Positions 17,543 through 27,277 of a DNA stretch of 32,000 bases are shown one piece after another; position 1 is the stretch's first letter, and every line of letters starts with the position of its first letter. A model generated the notes under the pieces. The model searched no databases. It was given only the letters and a program-made list of their open reading frames with translations, and was not told the DNA's origin. Both the position numbers and the translations under genes were made by a program. The DNA is from Synechococcus sp. A15-28 (GTDB lineage: Bacteria > Cyanobacteriota > Cyanobacteriia > PCC-6307 > Cyanobiaceae): contig NZ_CP047931.1 in the NCBI RefSeq assembly GCF_014280175.1, positions 1,350,001 through 1,382,000 on the forward strand, given 5' to 3'.

Positions 17543-17567
17543 GGCAGCACTCTGCACGTTGGTGGGC

Positions 17568-18632
17568 TCAGCCCTCAAGCCGCAGGGAGAGCAACCAGTC
17601 CTCGCCGATGGGCCGGGGAGGCTGCAAGGTTCCACTGAGCACCTGGTCCATGGCGGTGAAGCCCAGCTCCCCCAGGGGCGTTCGCGCAGCTAGGCCACCC
17701 ATCAGTTTCGGTGCCACCACGGCGACCACCTCCTGCACACAGCCCTGCCGGATCGCCGCAGCCGCCAGCTCGGGGCCGCACTCCCAGAGCACCTGATTGC
17801 AACTCCGCTCTGCCAGGTGGTGCATCAAAGGCAACGGTTCACAGGCCGAAAGCCCGAGTCCCTCAGGGCCAGACGGCAGACGCTGGGGATCGGCATCAGG
17901 TCCATGGACCACCAGGGTCGGCGCCACCGCGGTGTTCCACAGCTGTGCGGAAGCGGGAAGATCGAGACCGCGGCTGAGCACGACCCGCAGGGGTTCCGGC
18001 GAACGGCGGCCACGGCTGGTGAGCAGCGGATCATCCGCGCGGACCGTCCCGCCCCCCACGATCACAGCGTCCATGCCACTGCGTAGTTGATGCACCCAGT
18101 CGCGGGCAGGTGAGCCACTGATCCATTGGCTGGCGCCATTGGGCAGAGCGGTGCGGCCATCCAGGCCCATGGCCCACTTCAAGATCCCGTAAGAGCGGCC
18201 GGTGCGAACGCGGTGCAGGAACGCCCGGTTCTGCTGACGAGCCTCCTCCCGCAGCACACCACTGATCACCTCAACACCCGCCTGCCGCAGCTGATTGATT
18301 CCGCCGCCGGCAACGCGGGGATCCGGATCCTCCAGAGCCACCACCACCCTGGCGATCCCAGCCCGCAGCACCGCCTCACTGCAGGGGGGTGTACGGCCGT
18401 GGTGGCAGCAGGGTTCCAGGGTGACCACAAGGGTTCCGCCATGGGCCGCATCCCCGGCTTGAGCCAGGGCACCCACCTCGGCATGGGGCTCCCCCGCACG
18501 GCAATGGAACCCCTCGCCCACCAATCGCCCCTCCTGGTTCAGGACCACAGCCCCCACCAGGGGATTGGGACTGGTGCGACCCTCAGCCAGCGCAGCCAGC
18601 GCCAGGGCCCGGCGCATCCACAGGTCCCACAT
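17568..18632 (-). CDS. ribD: Bifunctional riboflavin biosynthesis protein RibD (deaminase/reductase)
   Basis: Deaminase zinc motifs HAEVGAL and TLEPCCHHGRTPPC, plus the reductase domain. The ATG at 18632 overlaps the TGA of the upstream gene (TGATG). The track ORF starts at 18665. Confidence 0.92.
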   Translation of the reverse strand: MWDLWMRRALALAALAEGRTSPNPLVGAVVLNQEGRLVGEGFHCRAGEPHAEVGALAQAGDAAHGGTLVVTLEPCCHHGRTPPCSEAVLRAGIARVVVALEDPDPRVAGGGINQLRQAGVEVISGVLREEARQQNRAFLHRVRTGRSYGILKWAMGLDGRTALPNGASQWISGSPARDWVHQLRSGMDAVIVGGGTVRADDPLLTSRGRRSPEPLRVVLSRGLDLPASAQLWNTAVAPTLVVHGPDADPQRLPSGPEGLGLSACEPLPLMHHLAERSCNQVLWECGPELAAAAIRQGCVQEVVAVVAPKLMGGLAARTPLGELGFTAMDQVLSGTLQPPRPIGEDWLLSLRLEG

Positions 18633-19117
18633 CAGCTCAGGGGCAGGTCCTGCAACGACCGCCACTCACCCACCACGTAGGGAGGCACAGGCAGCTCGGT
18701 GAACACCCCCGGCAGCATCAGACGCAGGGGCCGGTTGTTGCTGAGGTCATCCAGCAGTGGGTCAAGAGAGAATTCCGCTGCCGCCTCGCGGCCGTCGCTG
18801 GCCAGGGCTGGATTGGCCATGGTGATGTCGTCCAGCGCCCAGCTTCTGCGACCGGCCTCCACCTGCAGACTCACCGGATGGTCCAGCCGGAGTTTGCCGG
18901 GATAGCCAACGATGCGGAGCACCACGGGCTCACCGGGCTTGCCCTCGCGGTACGCCACCGCCTGCCAGCTGTCGTAATCCAGATCGCGAAGGCTCTCGAG
19001 GCTGCGCACCATCCGCGTGCCGTTCTCGGATTCATGTTCATGCACCTGGGCCCAGCCCTGGGGAGCCGCGATGAACAGCACCAGAACGGCGATCAAACAG
19101 CTGAGCAGTCGGCGCAT
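18632..19117 (-). CDS. Conserved-looking secreted hypothetical protein (161 aa)
   Basis: Signal peptide MRRLLSCLIAVLVLFIAAPQGWA. Backbone GC. Translationally coupled to ribD. Confidence 0.6.
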   Translation of the reverse strand: MRRLLSCLIAVLVLFIAAPQGWAQVHEHESENGTRMVRSLESLRDLDYDSWQAVAYREGKPGEPVVLRIVGYPGKLRLDHPVSLQVEAGRRSWALDDITMANPALASDGREAAAEFSLDPLLDDLSNNRPLRLMLPGVFTELPVPPYVVGEWRSLQDLPLS

Positions 19118-19134
19118 TGTGGTTTGGCTGATCA

Positions 19135-20169
19135 GTGAATTCTCACAACCCAGCTTGGAATCCCGCGGAATTCTCCAATAATTCGCCTAGGGATTTGAAT
19201 TTTGCGTCCTCCGGACAACTCAGTGGAATCTTCAAGTCCCTCGGTTTTGGCTTCGAGGTCAGCCAGCTGAGTGCTGGTCCCCTCCAGGGCAAATTTCGAT
19301 TGACCGGCAGTGCCGTGTTGCCGTTGCTGTCGATCACAACCAACCGAACGCTGGTCGTTCAGGGCGATCACAGGCCAGGGGTGCTTCCCTTCTCGATCAA
19401 CGTTCGGGGGGAACATCCCCTGGTCAGGGGGGAAAAGGTGCATCAGCACAGCATCCACGGCTTTCAAAGCACCCTTCGGGATTCCTTCGTCGTCCTAACC
19501 CCGGGCTGCGAAATCCAGATGGCGATGGTTTCCAAGCAGCGGCTGGAACGGCTGGCGCTGGCCACCAACGAAGAACGGGCCCTGGATCGGATCCACGGCG
19601 TGAATTCAGCTGCTGTCAGTCCTCAATAATTTCAACGGCTCGTTGAACTCACCAAGCCGCAACATCACGACCCAATTCAGGCGGAGCTGGTCGAAGCCGA
19701 GCTGCTGGAGCTCTTGAGCGGCCGAAGCTTGAATCAGCTCAACAGCGGCGACCTGAGCCACCGCGCCGGGTTGATGAAGGACCTGATCGCCTGGGGGCAG
19801 GCCAACCCCACGGAAGTCATTTCCCTGGAAGACCTCAGCAGCACGATCTTCGCCTCGCGCTCATCGATTGTGCACAGCTGTCGCACCAGCTTCGGCATGG
19901 GCCCGATGACCGTGTTGAAGCAGATCCGGCTCGGTCAGGTTCAGGCGATGCTGATGAACCCGCAGCAGCGTGAATCGATGAAGTGCACCACGGTCCAGGC
20001 CGTGGCGAATCATTTCGGCTTCAGCAGTCGCAACCATTTCGCCCGCGACTACCGACAGTTGTTCGGTGAAGCGCCGAGCACAACGCTTCAACGCTCCACC
20101 ACACCCGGTATCCGCTCCCACGCGGTGTCGGTGGCCCACAAGCCCCAGATGGCCATGGCCCGCAGGTAG
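19135..20169 (+). pseudogene. AraC/XylS-family transcriptional regulator interrupted by a single in-frame TAA (19627-19629)
   Basis: The ORFs 19135..19629 (N-terminal sensor-like part) and 19714..20169 (AraC HTH: FASRSSIVHSCRTSFGMGPMTVLKQIRL...VANHFGFSSRNHFARDYRQLFGEAPS) are in the same frame. The sequence between them stays open after the one TAA. Confidence 0.7.
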
Positions 20170-22589
20170 TGGCAGGCCCGGAAGGTGTTCACAGCGGTGA
20201 TCGCTTCCGGGGTGCGGAACTGCAATCCGCCTGAGTACACCTGCTCCACCACGGCCGAGCAGATGGCCAAAGCCGTCTTGGTCTCACCCATCAACCGGTA
20301 ATAGCTGGCCAATCCGAAATTGATGCCTGTCCACACCTCCAGGGGGTGCGTGCCATCGGGATCCAGGGGAGTGCCATCGCGACGCAGACCGTTGGCCACT
20401 CCGAGGCGTCCAGACTCGAACCGCTCAAAACAGGCCTCTTTCACCGCCTTCAACGTGCTCAGAGCCCTGGCCTCACTGACCACCGGTGGCAGCCCCAGCA
20501 GACGGGCGTAAAAGTCACCGCATAGCTGATCAGCCATCACCACCGGCGTGCCGCTCTCAGCATCAATCTGGTAATACTCGCCGTTCCAGAGCAGGTCGTC
20601 GAAGTTGGTGCGGGATTGCTCCAGCCACGCACCGAAACGCCGCTGCTCCACCGCTGTGTCCAGGCCGAGGTCGAGCTGCAGCCGCTGAGCCATCGCCAGA
20701 GCCGCCTCCAGGGCAGCGATCCAGAGCGCGCCGCAATAGGCACTCACGCCCTTCAAGGGCCAGTCGTCGAAGGTCTGATCGGGGGCGCCGCCGTTGTCGG
20801 GGAGGCCGTCGTTGTTGACGTCGAATCGCTTGAGGTATTCGAGGGCCTGAACCGCAGCGGGCCAGCACTCGGCCAGGAAGCGCAGGTCCTCACCGGTGGG
20901 GGCGAGGCGGAAGGTGCGCCAAACCTGGAGCACGTAATCACTGGCCAGATCCTTCCAGAGATTGCAGTCCTGATAGGCGGTGTAGTTGGTGGCATCGAAG
21001 GGGCGTTCGTTGGGAGCTCCGAGGTCGTGTGGGGTCGCTCCCGCCACCTTGCGGTCGGCTTCCACCCGTCCACGGCCCTGGGTGAAGTACCAGCCGATCG
21101 GCCGCTGGCTGGCATCCGCAGCAGGGATGGCACGGGCAAAACTGCGCAGCACGGCCTTGTCGAGCTCCGGCCAGAGCTGCAGCAGGGCCAGTGAGCCGTA
21201 AAGGCGCACATCCAGACTTTCGTACCAGGCGTAGTCGAGGCACTCCAGAACGCCAAAGCGCCCGTGGGGATCTGCCGGAGACGCAGCCGTCCAGAGGCTG
21301 CCGCCACTGCAGAGGTCATAGAGCTCGTTGAACAACGCCATCCGCAGGGGCTCGGGCAGCTGCGTCCGTGCCAACACCGGCTGCTGCCAGGCCTCGATCT
21401 GCTCGCGCCACTGCCGCCAGTCGCGCAGGGCTTCCGCTGCGATGGCGGCCGCATTGCAACCCGAACTGCCGAAGAAGTCGGTGTAACGCCTCAGAGCGCT
21501 GCTGCCGCTGGCAAAGGCCGTGACCGGCAGATCCCAGCTGATCACCAGCGGAATCTCACGGTTGGCACCGGGAGGCAGGGTGAATTTCACAGCGATGGCG
21601 GCACTGGCCTGCTCGCCGGACCGGCTGGCGCGGTCGTTATCGCTGTCGGGGATCCGTCCATCGGCGGCGAAGGGGGTCCACAGCTCACCGCCATCACCAC
21701 TGGGATCCCAACGACTGCAACGCATCACCTGCGCCCCGTCCAGGTCATCCGGCAGAGCCAGGCACCACTGCCCCTCGCCTTCCGCCAGCGGCAGCGAGGA
21801 CTGACCCTCCAGCTGAACTCCGCTCAGTCCAGGCTGATCCACCTGGCGGTTGCGCTGTCCCTCGCCGCGACCGATGGCCGGGGCGTAATTGTGCTCCGGA
21901 CTGCCGTCATCGCGGAAATGGACCTCCGCGGTGGCATCGGTGTTGGTGAACCAACCCACGGTGTTGCGCCAGCTCAACAGCAGCGACAGCTCCAGCGGTT
22001 GATCGGTGGGGTTGCTGAACTGCCAGCGGAACACCGCCACCGGATAGCTGGTGCGCTGGTAGTCGCCGGGAAGGATGGGGCTGAAGGCCTCACACAACAC
22101 CCCGGCCCGGAAGACATCCTCGTGGTGGATCCAGCTGAGGGGGTAGCGGGCGGCGTAAGTGCCGGTGCTGCGATCCGGCCTGCTGGCGGGGTACCACTGC
22201 CAGGCGCTCAGGGGCGTGCCGCGGTTGGGGTCGGTGTCATCACGGTCCGGGGCCGTGGCCAGGGCATGGGCACGGACGCTCTCCCCCTGCCGCTCCCAGA
22301 GGGCGAACTGACAGTCGGGGATCGATCCGAACCAGTGCTCTCCTCCATCGAGGTTCCAGAGGTTGAAGGCACCACTGGGGGAGCGGCCAAGGCAGCCAGC
22401 ACCGAAGCCGCCGAGGGGCATGCCGTGGTCGGGGCCATCGTCGAGGTTGCTGGAGTACCGCACCGTGTAGGGCGATTCCCAGCCCAGGCCGAAGCGGCGG
22501 CTCCAGCTGGCCTCAGGTGGTTGCCATGGCGTTCTGTTGCCGCCACGACCCAGCAGAGAACGCAGAGCGGAGAGTCCGAAGCGGGCCAT
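20088..22589 (-). CDS. GH116 family beta-glucosidase (GBA2 / non-lysosomal glucosylceramidase-like)
   Basis: 833 aa. The N-terminal block HGMPLGGFGAGCLGRSPSGAFNLWNL and the C-terminal (alpha/alpha)6-type region resemble GBA2-type glycoside hydrolases. Confidence 0.75.
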   Translation of the reverse strand: MARFGLSALRSLLGRGGNRTPWQPPEASWSRRFGLGWESPYTVRYSSNLDDGPDHGMPLGGFGAGCLGRSPSGAFNLWNLDGGEHWFGSIPDCQFALWERQGESVRAHALATAPDRDDTDPNRGTPLSAWQWYPASRPDRSTGTYAARYPLSWIHHEDVFRAGVLCEAFSPILPGDYQRTSYPVAVFRWQFSNPTDQPLELSLLLSWRNTVGWFTNTDATAEVHFRDDGSPEHNYAPAIGRGEGQRNRQVDQPGLSGVQLEGQSSLPLAEGEGQWCLALPDDLDGAQVMRCSRWDPSGDGGELWTPFAADGRIPDSDNDRASRSGEQASAAIAVKFTLPPGANREIPLVISWDLPVTAFASGSSALRRYTDFFGSSGCNAAAIAAEALRDWRQWREQIEAWQQPVLARTQLPEPLRMALFNELYDLCSGGSLWTAASPADPHGRFGVLECLDYAWYESLDVRLYGSLALLQLWPELDKAVLRSFARAIPAADASQRPIGWYFTQGRGRVEADRKVAGATPHDLGAPNERPFDATNYTAYQDCNLWKDLASDYVLQVWRTFRLAPTGEDLRFLAECWPAAVQALEYLKRFDVNNDGLPDNGGAPDQTFDDWPLKGVSAYCGALWIAALEAALAMAQRLQLDLGLDTAVEQRRFGAWLEQSRTNFDDLLWNGEYYQIDAESGTPVVMADQLCGDFYARLLGLPPVVSEARALSTLKAVKEACFERFESGRLGVANGLRRDGTPLDPDGTHPLEVWTGINFGLASYYRLMGETKTALAICSAVVEQVYSGGLQFRTPEAITAVNTFRACHYLRAMAIWGLWATDTAWERIPGVVER

Positions 22590-22630
22590 GCAGCGTGGGC
22601 AGTCGCCCCAGATTGCCAGGTTTCACCGGG

Positions 22631-22876
22631 TCAGCCAGCGCTGAAATCAGGTGGACTGTCCTCGGCATCCAGCAACGCATCCAGGGTGACCGCCGTTCGC
22701 ACCAACGCCTGGTAACGCTGCAGCGTGCGGCGGTTCTGATCCAGCCAACGCCCCGGAGCCATACCTCCCTCCAGTTGGGGATGCTCACTGTCCATCAGCG
22801 GCAGGTCCTCCTCCCGGGCAATCAGGGCCAGCAGCAGGTCATGCAGGCGTTGACGGCGCTCACTGGAGGGGCTCAT
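22631..22876 (-). CDS. Hypothetical protein (81 aa) coupled to the sulfotransferase
   Basis: The ATG overlaps the sulfotransferase stop (ATGA at 22873-22876). No family recognised. Confidence 0.5.
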   Translation of the reverse strand: MSPSSERRQRLHDLLLALIAREEDLPLMDSEHPQLEGGMAPGRWLDQNRRTLQRYQALVRTAVTLDALLDAEDSPPDFSAG

Positions 22877-23946
22877 GTCGGCTTGACGAGAGACTGAAGG
22901 CGACGCTCCGCCGGCTGTGGGAGGCGCACCGGATCAGCGGAATAGGAGCGAGCCTGATCGATGCGGGCCTTGATCGGCGCCTTCGCCACAGCCCAGCTGC
23001 TCAACCCGAAACGGGTGTAGATGCGCTCCACAGCCTGAAGCGGTTGATGGATGAGGTCGTCGTAGTCCAGCTCCAACAACTGTTGATCTGGAATCAGATG
23101 TCGTGAGGTCTCAAATGCTTCCAGCAACTCCCGTTGGGCCGTCACGGTCTCCTCCACCTGGGTGCCTTGATCGGGCACGGGCTGCAGCCCCACCAACGTG
23201 CCCAACCGTTGCTTCACCTGCACCAACGAGCGAATCGAATCGACCGGAGTCCGGGGCAGCACCACGAACCGGGCCCGGGGGAAATGCCGCAGCACCAGGC
23301 TCACCCGGGCGGTGTGCACGGAATTCTTGATCAGCCAGTGGGTTTTGCCGGCACCGTCATGGAGCCAGGTAAGCCGGCAGAACTGCAACCACTGCCGCTC
23401 GTAGGCCCTGGTGGTGACCAACACATGGCGGCGGAAATTGGCGAGATAGTTCCGCGGAAATGCCATTCCGGCCATGTTGGTGTCGAAGGTGAGGCGTGCC
23501 AGGCCGAGTTCATCCTCCTGGGGGTCATCCGGGCCCCAGGGAACCGCGTCGATCGGCCGGGTCCGGGTCATCCAGGTCTTCAGCACAGGGGCGATCCAGG
23601 GCTTGAGCAGCAACGCCACCTGGGGGGCGATCGTCAGCGTGTTGCGGGCTGTCGCCACGGCGGGATCGCAGGCCAGCAGCTGATGCAGATAGGTGGTGCC
23701 ACTGCGCCAGTGACCGATCACCACGATCAGATCATCCGGCAGCTGCAGCCGCCGCAAGCGCCGAGCGAACAGCAACGACTGCAGCCAGGCCAGCGGCTCC
23801 ACCAGCAGTCCGCTGAGACCCACCAGCACACTGACTCGCCAACGGGCGAGAGAGGGACGGCAGCACTGCAGGCCGCGCCACAACACCCCTGGACGGATGA
23901 ACCCCGTCGCCACCAAACGATCAACCAACAGCTCAGCCCGTGCCAT
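22873..23946 (-). CDS. Sulfotransferase family protein
   Basis: 357 aa with the PAPS 5'-phosphosulfate-binding loop GHWRSGTTYLHQLL. Confidence 0.8.
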   Translation of the reverse strand: MARAELLVDRLVATGFIRPGVLWRGLQCCRPSLARWRVSVLVGLSGLLVEPLAWLQSLLFARRLRRLQLPDDLIVVIGHWRSGTTYLHQLLACDPAVATARNTLTIAPQVALLLKPWIAPVLKTWMTRTRPIDAVPWGPDDPQEDELGLARLTFDTNMAGMAFPRNYLANFRRHVLVTTRAYERQWLQFCRLTWLHDGAGKTHWLIKNSVHTARVSLVLRHFPRARFVVLPRTPVDSIRSLVQVKQRLGTLVGLQPVPDQGTQVEETVTAQRELLEAFETSRHLIPDQQLLELDYDDLIHQPLQAVERIYTRFGLSSWAVAKAPIKARIDQARSYSADPVRLPQPAERRLQSLVKPT

Positions 23947-23979
23947 GGCTTGAGGAGCTCAGGCCTCCAGAATGCCGCA

Positions 23980-25233
23980 ATGATCGATGTGATCGGCACC
24001 GACGCAGGGGCACCGGCCTCGCTGCCCACGGCGCAGCAAGCCTTGATCCGAGCTGCCGATCGGATCGCCGCACCGCGTCGCCTCCATCCGGCGATTGAAA
24101 CGTGGCTCGACCGCCCGGTGTCGTTCGTGGACAGCGACGATCCCCGCCATCTGGTGGAGGCTCTCCGCTCTCTGCCAGATCAAGACAACGTGGTGGTGCT
24201 GGCCAGCGGCGACCCGCTCTGGTTCGGCATTGGCCGCATCCTGACGGACCGCCTCGGACCGGAGCGGCTGCGCTTTCACCCCGCCCCCACCTCTCTGCAA
24301 CTGGCCTTTGCCCGGATCGGTCGTCCCTGGCAGGACGCCCGCTGGGTGAGCCTGCATGGCCGCGATCCCGAACCGTTGGCCCGGGAACTGCAGAAGCGGC
24401 CCAGGGCCCTGGCGGTGCTCACCGATCCCGGGCGCGGCGGCGCCGACACCGTGCGCCGCTGCCTGCGCAGCAGCGGGTTGGAGGCCAGCTATCAACTCTG
24501 GCTTGGGGAAAACCTGGGCCATGCCGACGAACGGATGCGGCGGATCCCCGCTGATGCCCCGCTGCCGGAGCCACTGCAGCCCTTGCTGGTGGCACTGCTG
24601 ATCGCCGATGAGCCCTCCGTTCCAAGCGGCCGAGCGCTGCCGTTGTTCGGCCTGGAGGATGGTTTGTATCTCCAGCACCCGGATCACCCCGGTCTGATGA
24701 CCAAGCGGGAGGCACGCATCCAGTTGCTGGCGGATCTGGAGCTCCCGGATCAGGGGGTGCTCTGGGATCTCGGCGCCGGCACCGGCAGCATCGGCCTCGA
24801 GGCCCTTCGCTTGCGTCCCCAGCTCAAACTGCTGGCGGTGGAGCGCCGGGCCGGAGGGGCTGCGCTGATCCAGGCCAACGCCGCGCGGCTTGCGGTGAAG
24901 CCCAGTGCCGTGCTGGAAACGGATGCGCTGCAGCTGCTGGCGGGCGATCTGCCGGACGGCCTGGCCCAGCCGGATCGGGTGCTGCTGGGGGGCGGGGGCC
25001 CCAATCGAGAGGCGCTGCTCAGGGCCGTGCTGCAACGGATGCGGCCGTCAGGGGTCGTGGTGATTCCCCTGGCGACCGTTGAGGCCTTGGCCCCCTTGCG
25101 GCCGCTGCTGGAACAGGCAGGCCTGACGGTTCAGGTGAATCAATTGCAAGCCTGGCGTGGCCAACCCCTCAGCGATGGCACCCGCCTGGCACCGATGAAC
25201 CCGATCCTGGCCCTAAAAGGTACGAAATCGTGA
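23980..25233 (+). CDS. cobL: Precorrin-6Y C5,15-methyltransferase (decarboxylating), CbiE+CbiT fusion
   Basis: From the ATG at 23980: MIDVIGTDAGAP...VVLASGDPLWFGIG (CbiE part), and LWDLGAGTGSIGLEA, a SAM-binding motif (CbiT part). The upstream part of the 699-aa track ORF is antisense to the sulfotransferase. Confidence 0.88.
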   Translation: MIDVIGTDAGAPASLPTAQQALIRAADRIAAPRRLHPAIETWLDRPVSFVDSDDPRHLVEALRSLPDQDNVVVLASGDPLWFGIGRILTDRLGPERLRFHPAPTSLQLAFARIGRPWQDARWVSLHGRDPEPLARELQKRPRALAVLTDPGRGGADTVRRCLRSSGLEASYQLWLGENLGHADERMRRIPADAPLPEPLQPLLVALLIADEPSVPSGRALPLFGLEDGLYLQHPDHPGLMTKREARIQLLADLELPDQGVLWDLGAGTGSIGLEALRLRPQLKLLAVERRAGGAALIQANAARLAVKPSAVLETDALQLLAGDLPDGLAQPDRVLLGGGGPNREALLRAVLQRMRPSGVVVIPLATVEALAPLRPLLEQAGLTVQVNQLQAWRGQPLSDGTRLAPMNPILALKGTKS

Positions 25234-25246
25234 ATATATTTAGTGG

Positions 25247-25654
25247 TTATTGTGACGATATCGTCTCAATCGTCACCGTGTCGCCGGGGCGAATCCCCAG
25301 GCGACGGGCCTCGCCAGCCCGCAACTCCACCACCCCGTCACTGTTTTCCTTGGGGCCATAGCTGGGGCAGGGCAGCTTCGGACAAACGGGAACATCATCC
25401 GCAATGGCCATCACCCGATTGTCCCGCAGAAAGAGCATGTCCAGCGGCGCCAGGGTGTTGAACATCCAGAAGCTCAGGGGCCTGGGGCGATCAAAGGGAA
25501 ACCACATGCCCCGCAGTGGGGGCAAGGCCGGTCGCTGCATCAGACCGATCTGCTGCTGCAGCGGGGTGCGGGCCACCTCCAAAGCGATGCAACGTCGATC
25601 CTCGAGGCACCATCGGGCGGTGACGGGCAGCTGCTGTGGTGCCGGCAGATCCAT
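25247..25654 (-). CDS. DUF192 (COG1430) domain protein
   Basis: From the ATG at 25654: GLMQRPALPPLRGMWFPF...FWMFNTLAPLDMLFL...VELRAGEARRLGIRPGD, matching the DUF192 pattern. Confidence 0.8.
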   Translation of the reverse strand: MDLPAPQQLPVTARWCLEDRRCIALEVARTPLQQQIGLMQRPALPPLRGMWFPFDRPRPLSFWMFNTLAPLDMLFLRDNRVMAIADDVPVCPKLPCPSYGPKENSDGVVELRAGEARRLGIRPGDTVTIETISSQ

Positions 25655-25656
25655 GC

Positions 25657-26334
25657 TCACCCCTCCCCAGCCACGGGGCCGAGGCTGTAACCGCGACCGC
25701 GCACCGTCAACAACAACCGCGATTCCCCGCCGGCCTCCAGCTTCTGGCGCAGGTATCGCACGTACACCTCCACCACATTGCTGCTGGCCCCCTCGTCCTG
25801 CCAAACCTCGCGCAGCAGTTGCTCACGGCTGAACACCCGTCCCGGTGAGCGCATCAGCACCAACAGCAGGGCAAACTCGCGGGCCGTGAGGGCCACGGTG
25901 CGGCCGCCCCGGCGCACCTGACGGGTGGCGGGATCCAGGCTGAGATCCCCCAGCTCCATCAGAGTCGGCCGTTGACCCAGGCGGGTCTGCACGGTGCGGT
26001 GCAGACGCAACCGCAGCAGCAGATCGCTGGGGCCAACGGACGACAGCCAGAAGTCATCGGCCCCGGCACAGAGGCAGGCCGCCCGGGCATCGACACTGTC
26101 CTGCTCCAGGTCCAGAAGGATCGGCATGGCCCCGAAGCGCTGACGCAGGTCGCGCACCCTGGAGGCCTGATCAGCCGCGAGCACCGCAGCGAGTGGCTCC
26201 TCACCCATCTGCACCTGGCTCGATGCCACCCCGGCACTGAGCCAATCAATGGAGCTGTAGCCCGATGCCGCCAGCCTTGGAGCCAGGGCTACTGCTGAGG
26301 CTCCCACCAGGAGCAGTAGCGGCTCAGCGCTCAT
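25657..26334 (-). CDS. OmpR-family winged-helix regulator with a degenerate (pseudo-)receiver domain
   Basis: The C-terminus [30 protein letters not shown]...[12 protein letters not shown]...TVRGRGYSL is a clean OmpR/PhoB DNA-binding domain. The N-terminal receiver lacks the acidic pair (LLLVGAS) and the conserved T/S and K positions look substituted. Confidence 0.8.
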   Translation of the reverse strand: MSAEPLLLLVGASAVALAPRLAASGYSSIDWLSAGVASSQVQMGEEPLAAVLAADQASRVRDLRQRFGAMPILLDLEQDSVDARAACLCAGADDFWLSSVGPSDLLLRLRLHRTVQTRLGQRPTLMELGDLSLDPATRQVRRGGRTVALTAREFALLLVLMRSPGRVFSREQLLREVWQDEGASSNVVEVYVRYLRQKLEAGGESRLLLTVRGRGYSLGPVAGEG

Positions 26335-27239
26335 CCCTTGTCCGGCTTGGCGATGTGGGGCAGGCCCCAGCCCAGCTTGTTGCGCAACACCTGGAAGAAT
26401 TCGTGGTCCACCAACCGCACGAAACGCACCGGGTGTTCACTGCGGCGGATCAGAACGCGGTCTTCAGGCCAGACATAGCAACCGGCACTGCCATCCACCA
26501 CCATCATCAGCCGTTCCGGTGTCGCCGGGAACACGGTTACCGGTTCACGGTCGCTGAACACCAGGGCGCGGGAAGCCAGGGAATGGGGGGCGATCGGCGT
26601 CAGCTGCAGCACCGGACAATCCGGTGAAATCACAGGGCCACCGGCACTGAGGGCATAGGCGGTCGAGCCGGTGGGGGTGGAGAGAATTACTCCATCGGCG
26701 GCAATGTCCACCGGTGCATGACGGCCGATGGCGATCTCGAAATGGCACATGCTCGTGAGCGGCTCGCGGTGCAGAGCCATTTCGTTGAGGGACAGCGCCT
26801 CCCAGCGCCGCTGATCACCACGCATCACACTCACCACCAGGTTGCTGCGTTCCTCGATCGTCCATTGCTGGGTCAGCACCACCTCCAGAGCGCGATCCAG
26901 ATCGCCGAGATAAGCCTCTGCCAGAAAACCGAGGTGACCGGTATTGATGGTGAGGATCGGAACCCCAACCGGTGCGGTCTGCCGCGCTGCCGACAGCACC
27001 GTGCCATCGCCCCCCAGCACGATCGCCAGGGCCATGCTGCTGTTGAACCCTTCTGGGACACAGGCGCTGTAGCCCAACAAACGCAGATGCTGATCCGGAT
27101 TGGCGAAACCCACCATGCCGCCGGAACTGCTGGCGCGAACCACCTCGTGGCCAGCAACCTCCAGACGCTGCTGAATCGTGTCCGCGGTCTGAACCGCCAG
27201 CGACTTGCCGTCGTTCACGATCAGTCCGATCCGGGGCAC
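26331..27239 (-). CDS. nadK: NAD+ kinase
   Basis: 302 aa with the GGDGT motif ([13 protein letters not shown]) and the NxGxLGFL block ([11 protein letters not shown]). Confidence 0.92.
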   Translation of the reverse strand: MPRIGLIVNDGKSLAVQTADTIQQRLEVAGHEVVRASSSGGMVGFANPDQHLRLLGYSACVPEGFNSSMALAIVLGGDGTVLSAARQTAPVGVPILTINTGHLGFLAEAYLGDLDRALEVVLTQQWTIEERSNLVVSVMRGDQRRWEALSLNEMALHREPLTSMCHFEIAIGRHAPVDIAADGVILSTPTGSTAYALSAGGPVISPDCPVLQLTPIAPHSLASRALVFSDREPVTVFPATPERLMMVVDGSAGCYVWPEDRVLIRRSEHPVRFVRLVDHEFFQVLRNKLGWGLPHIAKPDKG

Positions 27240-27277
27240 TGACCGCTGTCGCTAAGGGCTTGATCAGCTTATGGGAG

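Noticed and set aside
21264-22715. 483-aa ORF antisense to the GH116 gene, plus further nested ORFs between 20320 and 21454
   Set aside because: These are shadow ORFs in a GC-rich gene. They have no motifs, and their composition is dominated by Ala, Gly, Arg and Pro.
23134-23979. N-terminal 282 codons of the 699-aa track ORF; also the 358-aa ORF 23959-25035 antisense to cobL
   Set aside because: The upstream part is antisense to the sulfotransferase and has no CobL similarity. CobL similarity begins at the ATG at 23980 (MIDVIGTD...). The 358-aa ORF is a shadow of cobL.
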